A stretch of 44,212 nt of DNA from Gemmatimonadales bacterium (GTDB lineage: Bacteria; Gemmatimonadota; Gemmatimonadetes; Gemmatimonadales; GWC2-71-9). Made by a program: the position numbers and the translations under genes. Positions 41,002 through 44,212 of the stretch are shown here, one piece after another (within the stretch, counting starts at the first letter, position 1; each line of letters opens with the position of its first letter). The notes beneath the pieces are model-generated. The model was not told where the DNA came from and did not search any database. It was given only the letters and a program-made list of their open reading frames with translations. The stretch covers positions 1-44,212 of the forward strand of contig JBBQQJ010000002.1 of NCBI GenBank assembly GCA_038216165.1, given 5' to 3'.

Positions 41002-41918
41002 TCCGCGTCACCTTTCTGGGCACGGGGGGGGCACTCCCCTCCGTCATCCGCAACGTGTCCGGGCTGATGATCGAGCGCGAGGGTGAGCCCCTGCTCTTCG
41101 ATTGTGGCGAGGGGACGCAGCGGCAGATGATGCGCCACGCCGTGGGCTTCGGCGTCAGCGACATCTTCTTCTCGCACTATCACGCCGACCACACCCTCGG
41201 CCTCCCCGGCCTGCTGCGCACGATGGGGATGCAGAACCGGACGATTCCACTCCGCCTCTTCGGGCCGGCAGGCGCCCCGGAGCATCTGGGGGAGCTGGTC
41301 CACCTTGGGCGTGACCGCGCCAAGTTCCCCATCGAGATCGCCACCGTGGCCCCCGGTGACCGGCTCGATCGCGGCGAGTACGAGATCGTGGTGGCCGAGG
41401 CGGTGCACAAGGGGGCGGCGGTCTCCTACGCGCTGGTGGAACGCGACCGACTCGGCCGGTTCGATCCGGAGCGGGCCCGCGGCATGGGGCTCCCCGAAGG
41501 GCCACTGTGGGGGAAAATCCACAAGGGCGAGGCGGTCACGCTGGACGATGGCCGGGTCGTGACGCCTGCGGAGCTTGTGGGCCCGCCACGTCCGGGGCGC
41601 ACTGTGGTCTACTCGGGCGACACCGCCCCGTCTGACCACCTGCTGCGGATGGCCGCCGGCGCCGATCTTCTGATCCACGAAGCGACCTTCGGCGAGGATG
41701 AGAAGGACCGCGCCCTCGAGACCCGCCACTCCACCGCGCGCGAGGCGGCCGAGCAGGCGATGCTCGCGGGGGTGCGCCGGCTCGCCCTCACCCACATCTC
41801 CGCGCGCTACTCGCGCGAGGCCCCCGAACTGCTGGCGGAGGCACAGGCCGTGTTCTCGGCGACGGTGGTGGCGCAGGATGGGATGGTGATCGAGGTGCCG
41901 TACCGGGACCAAGGGTGA
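40998..41918 (+). CDS. rnz: ribonuclease Z
   Basis: FLGTGGALP, metallo-beta-lactamase motif [11 protein letters not shown]-terminal HST..EA and LTHIS. ATGA overlap with the folE stop. Confidence 0.9.
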   Translation: MIRVTFLGTGGALPSVIRNVSGLMIEREGEPLLFDCGEGTQRQMMRHAVGFGVSDIFFSHYHADHTLGLPGLLRTMGMQNRTIPLRLFGPAGAPEHLGELVHLGRDRAKFPIEIATVAPGDRLDRGEYEIVVAEAVHKGAAVSYALVERDRLGRFDPERARGMGLPEGPLWGKIHKGEAVTLDDGRVVTPAELVGPPRPGRTVVYSGDTAPSDHLLRMAAGADLLIHEATFGEDEKDRALETRHSTAREAAEQAMLAGVRRLALTHISARYSREAPELLAEAQAVFSATVVAQDGMVIEVPYRDQG

Positions 41919-42005
41919 ACGGGGCGCCGCTTCACGGCGCGAGTGAGGGCTGAGGGGGTCCATCGGGGCGCGTTCCGCGAGATGCACTCGCCCGGCGGCC
42001 CAATC

Positions 42006-42020
42006 TTCCCCCTCACCCCT
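42006..42020 (+). repeat. TTCCCCCTCACCCCT 15-mer immediately downstream of phr
   Basis: Identical to 43559..43573. A partial inverted partner TGAGGGGG lies at 41951..41958. Confidence 0.35.
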
Positions 42021-43423
42021 TACCGCTCCCCCCCCGCTATCGACTCCACATACCGCTCCACATCGAACTTCCCCTTGGCCGCCTTGAGCGACATGTAGCG
42101 CACGGTGCCGTAGATCGCCCGCCGGTAGAAGGGGCGGTCGAATTTCCCGAAGCACCAGAGGATCCCGCCGTAGCTGCTCGGGTCGCGACCATCGAGCGAG
42201 TACTTGTTGTTGAGGTGCTCGAGGATGCGGAGCCCATGGGCGGCATCATCGGTCCACGCGATGACACTCTTGCCCCAGAGCATCCGCATGTAGTTGTGCA
42301 TCCAGCCGTGGTGCAGGTAGGAGCGCTGCGCGGCGTTCCAGAGCGCGTTGCCTGTCTGTGCCTGTTCGAGTTCCTCGTCGGTGTAGAGCGCCTCGCGCGG
42401 ATCGGCCTCGCCGGTGGCGAGCTCCTTCCGGGCCCACTCAGGGATCGCCGCCACGGTGCGGTGCTTCGGCTCGAACCGGCAGAGGTTGAAGGCGAGCTCG
42501 CGCCAGGTGAGGGTCTCGTCGAGGAACTTCTCGTACTGCGCCGTGTGCCCGGCGTCGCGCGCGGCGAGCAGGACCCGGTGCACGGCGATCTGCCCGAAGT
42601 GAAAGTACGGTGACATCTTGCTGGTGGCATCGACGTTCGGGTCGTTGCGTTCGAGGTACCGCGGCAACCCGTGCTCGAGCCACCAGGCGAGCCGCGCATG
42701 CGCGGCGCGGGTCCCGCCGGTCCATCCGATCGCAGGCGGCACCGCGTGATCAATCGGACATCCCGCCACCAGCTCGGCGATTGTCTCAGGCGTGACCACG
42801 GTCGGCTCGAACGGCAGCTCAATCGGCGTGGTGACGCGGGGTGCCTCGTTGGGCACGGGCTGCAGCCACGACTCCAGGTGCGCCATCAGCACCGGACGAA
42901 TGTGTCGCGCCCCGCTGTAGGCCTTCTCGAGTGATTGGGCTGGCACCACGCAGGCAGAGTCCACCGCCACCACCGGTGCGTCCACCGCCTCGCGCAACTG
43001 CTTGAGCTGCCGTGGCATGATGAAGGTCGGAAACCAGTCGGTCACCACCAACGCCGACCGCGCGGCGAGCGCCTTGAGGTGCTCGTGGTGATCCACCCCG
43101 TCTCCCTGCTCGCGCTGGTCGAGGAAGTGGGCGAACTGGATCCCCCGCTCGGCAAACCCCGCTGCCATGTCCACCACCCCCTCGAGCATGAAGGTGTGGA
43201 AGCGATCACTGGCCCATGGATAATCAGGCCGGAGCGCGAAGTAGACCAGCACCGGCACGCCGAGGGCGTTGGCCTGCTCGATCGCGTACTCGAGGGCGAA
43301 GTTGTCCTCGGCCCGCTGCGTCACCTGAATCCAGTAGAGGACGTAGTCACCGCCGGAACGCGGGGTGACGTGGTCGGTCCCGGTCGGGAACCAGAGGCGG
43401 GCATCGGGAAGCTGGGAGAGCAT
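42020..43423 (-). CDS. phr: class II CPD deoxyribodipyrimidine photolyase
   Basis: YVLYWIQVTQRAEDNFALEYA ... and the C-terminal class II block HGWMHNYMRMLWGKSVIAW...LNNKYSLDGRDPSSYGGILWCFGKFDRPF...YGTVRYMSL..KGKFDV..Y. I chose ATG at 43423; the upstream 45 codons of the ORF translate the intergenic C-rich repeat. Confidence 0.88.
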   Translation of the reverse strand: MLSQLPDARLWFPTGTDHVTPRSGGDYVLYWIQVTQRAEDNFALEYAIEQANALGVPVLVYFALRPDYPWASDRFHTFMLEGVVDMAAGFAERGIQFAHFLDQREQGDGVDHHEHLKALAARSALVVTDWFPTFIMPRQLKQLREAVDAPVVAVDSACVVPAQSLEKAYSGARHIRPVLMAHLESWLQPVPNEAPRVTTPIELPFEPTVVTPETIAELVAGCPIDHAVPPAIGWTGGTRAAHARLAWWLEHGLPRYLERNDPNVDATSKMSPYFHFGQIAVHRVLLAARDAGHTAQYEKFLDETLTWRELAFNLCRFEPKHRTVAAIPEWARKELATGEADPREALYTDEELEQAQTGNALWNAAQRSYLHHGWMHNYMRMLWGKSVIAWTDDAAHGLRILEHLNNKYSLDGRDPSSYGGILWCFGKFDRPFYRRAIYGTVRYMSLKAAKGKFDVERYVESIAGGER

Positions 43424-43448
43424 CGAGAGGTGGGTTTCCGGTTGGTCA

Positions 43449-43500
43449 GGGTGAACGGGGTGAGGGGTGAACGGGGAACGGGGAACGGTGAACGGGGGAA
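43449..43500 (-). repeat. C-rich heptad tandem repeat element, copy 2 (C-rich on minus strand)
   Basis: The minus strand reads TTCCCCCG TTCACCG TTCCCCG TTCCCCG TTCACCCC TCACCCCG TTCACCC. It contains the 31-mer shared with copy 1 and ends about 25 nt upstream of the phr start (43423). Confidence 0.6.
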
Positions 43501-43542
43501 CACTGGGCCACCGGGTGAAATGATCGCGCGATGAGACCGGCT

Positions 43543-43590
43543 GTTCCCCCTCACCCAATTCCCCCTCACCCCTCGCACGGCGCAGCCGCC
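43543..43590 (+). repeat. C-rich CCCTCAC cluster in opposite orientation to copy 2
   Basis: GTTCCCCCTCACCCAATTCCCCCTCACCCCTCGC...TCCCTCACCC. It contains the 15-mer TTCCCCCTCACCCCT (43559..43573), identical to 42006..42020. Confidence 0.4.
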
Positions 43591-43594
43591 TCCC

Positions 43595-44212
43595 TCACCC
43601 TTGGTCATGCTTGAAGACCCAGCCGGTCCGCTCAGGTTCCAGCGTGGCGAGGAAGCTCCAATAGAGATAGTTGAACGGACAGGCATCCGCCCCCGTGCGT
43701 GCTTTCGGGTCATAGCGGCAGCCGGTGCAGTGGTCGCTCATCCGGTTGATGTAGTTCGCGGAGCTCACGTAGGGCTTGCTCGCCATGATGCCGCCATCGC
43801 CGAAGGTGCCCATCCCCACCACGTTGGGGAGCTCGACCCATTCCATCGCGTCGGCGAAGGCGGCCCAGAACCAGTCCGACAGGGCGCCGGGGTGGATACC
43901 GGTGAGCACCGCGAAGTTGCAGAGCACCATCAGGCGCGGGATGTGGTGGGCGTAGGCATGCGCACGCACTGTCATGACGGTGTCGCGCAGGCAGGCCAGG
44001 TCGGTCGCTTCGGGCTCCCAGTAGAGGCGAGGCAGGGGCCGCGTGAAGCCGAAGTAATTCGCCTCGCGATAAGCGGGCATCTGCTGCCAGTAGATCCCGT
44101 TGACGTACTCGCGCCAACCGATGATCTGCCGAACGAACCCCTCGACGCTCTGCAGGGGAGCCTTCCCGGCGCGCCACGCCGCCTCCGCCGCCTGCACCAT
44201 CTCCAGCGGATG
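43595..44212 (-). CDS. FeS-BCP family cryptochrome / (6-4) photolyase-related protein, C-terminal part (5-prime end outside window)
   Basis: GWREYVNGIYW, HHIPRLMVLCNF, and the iron-sulfur cluster cysteines CTGCRYDPKARTGADAC (C-x2-C-x12-C) characteristic of the PhrB/CryB group. The ORF is open to the window edge. Confidence 0.85.
   Translation of the reverse strand, partial: HPLEMVQAAEAAWRAGKAPLQSVEGFVRQIIGWREYVNGIYWQQMPAYREANYFGFTRPLPRLYWEPEATDLACLRDTVMTVRAHAYAHHIPRLMVLCNFAVLTGIHPGALSDWFWAAFADAMEWVELPNVVGMGTFGDGGIMASKPYVSSANYINRMSDHCTGCRYDPKARTGADACPFNYLYWSFLATLEPERTGWVFKHDQG

Noticed and set aside
41924-41940. Short hairpin GCGCCG-CTTCA-CGGCGC after rnz
   Set aside because: It has only 6 bp and no T-tract. 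It may contribute to termination between the convergent genes but is too weak to annotate.
40704-42155. 483-aa minus-strand ORF spanning folE, rnz and the intergenic region
   Set aside because: It is antisense to two genes with textbook motifs ([14 protein letters not shown]) and crosses an intergenic region, so it is not coding.
1-44212. Scan for CRISPR arrays, tRNA/rRNA genes, transposases, integrases, toxin-antitoxin pairs and prophage genes
   Set aside because: I saw no regularly spaced direct repeats, no cloverleaf-like or rRNA-like segments in the short intergenic regions, and no ORF with DDE, tyrosine/serine recombinase or phage structural motifs. The window looks like core chromosome, apart from the MTase-helicase pair.

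Overview
Very GC-rich (about 70% by eye), gene-dense bacterial chromosomal segment. I call 41 protein-coding genes and find no rRNA, tRNA, CRISPR array, transposase or integrase. Most of it is housekeeping: an argB-(M20 deacylase)-argH-argR cluster, nadE, folE-rnz, mlaEFD, ldcA and a short mutY-type glycosylase. Envelope and periplasm genes include a PQQ dehydrogenase lipoprotein with a Kelch protein, a TonB-dependent receptor, beta-propeller lipoproteins and a membrane Ser/Thr kinase with a TPR sensor. The gene families suggest a Gemmatimonadota-like organism, but that is inference only. The most interesting locus is on the minus strand at 7664..12674. A 981-aa PglX/MmeI-like N6-adenine DNA methyltransferase with its own TaqI_C-like specificity domain overlaps a 695-aa SNF2-family helicase by 23 nt. 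No nuclease, PglZ, BrxC or DrmABC partner is visible anywhere in the window, so this is a candidate minimal BREX/DISARM/type-ISP-like defence or epigenetic module with an unknown effector. Other items worth a second look: a TlpA / TonB receptor / FtsX-FtsX-ABC operon ending in an AttH/CrtC-like lipocalin fused to a membrane anchor; a family of C-rich heptad / CCCTCAC intergenic repeats (G-quadruplex-capable on the template strand) just upstream of three unrelated genes; adjacent class II and FeS-BCP photolyase genes; an apparent excess of in-frame G9-10/C9-10 homopolymers encoding GGG/PPP; a DUF4384 protein with a Trp/Gly-repeat and Pro/Arg/Ser-rich tail; and a probable leaderless promoter. 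The many long antisense or out-of-frame ORFs in the track are treated as high-GC shadow ORFs. All product calls rest on motifs I recognised by eye; no searches were run.
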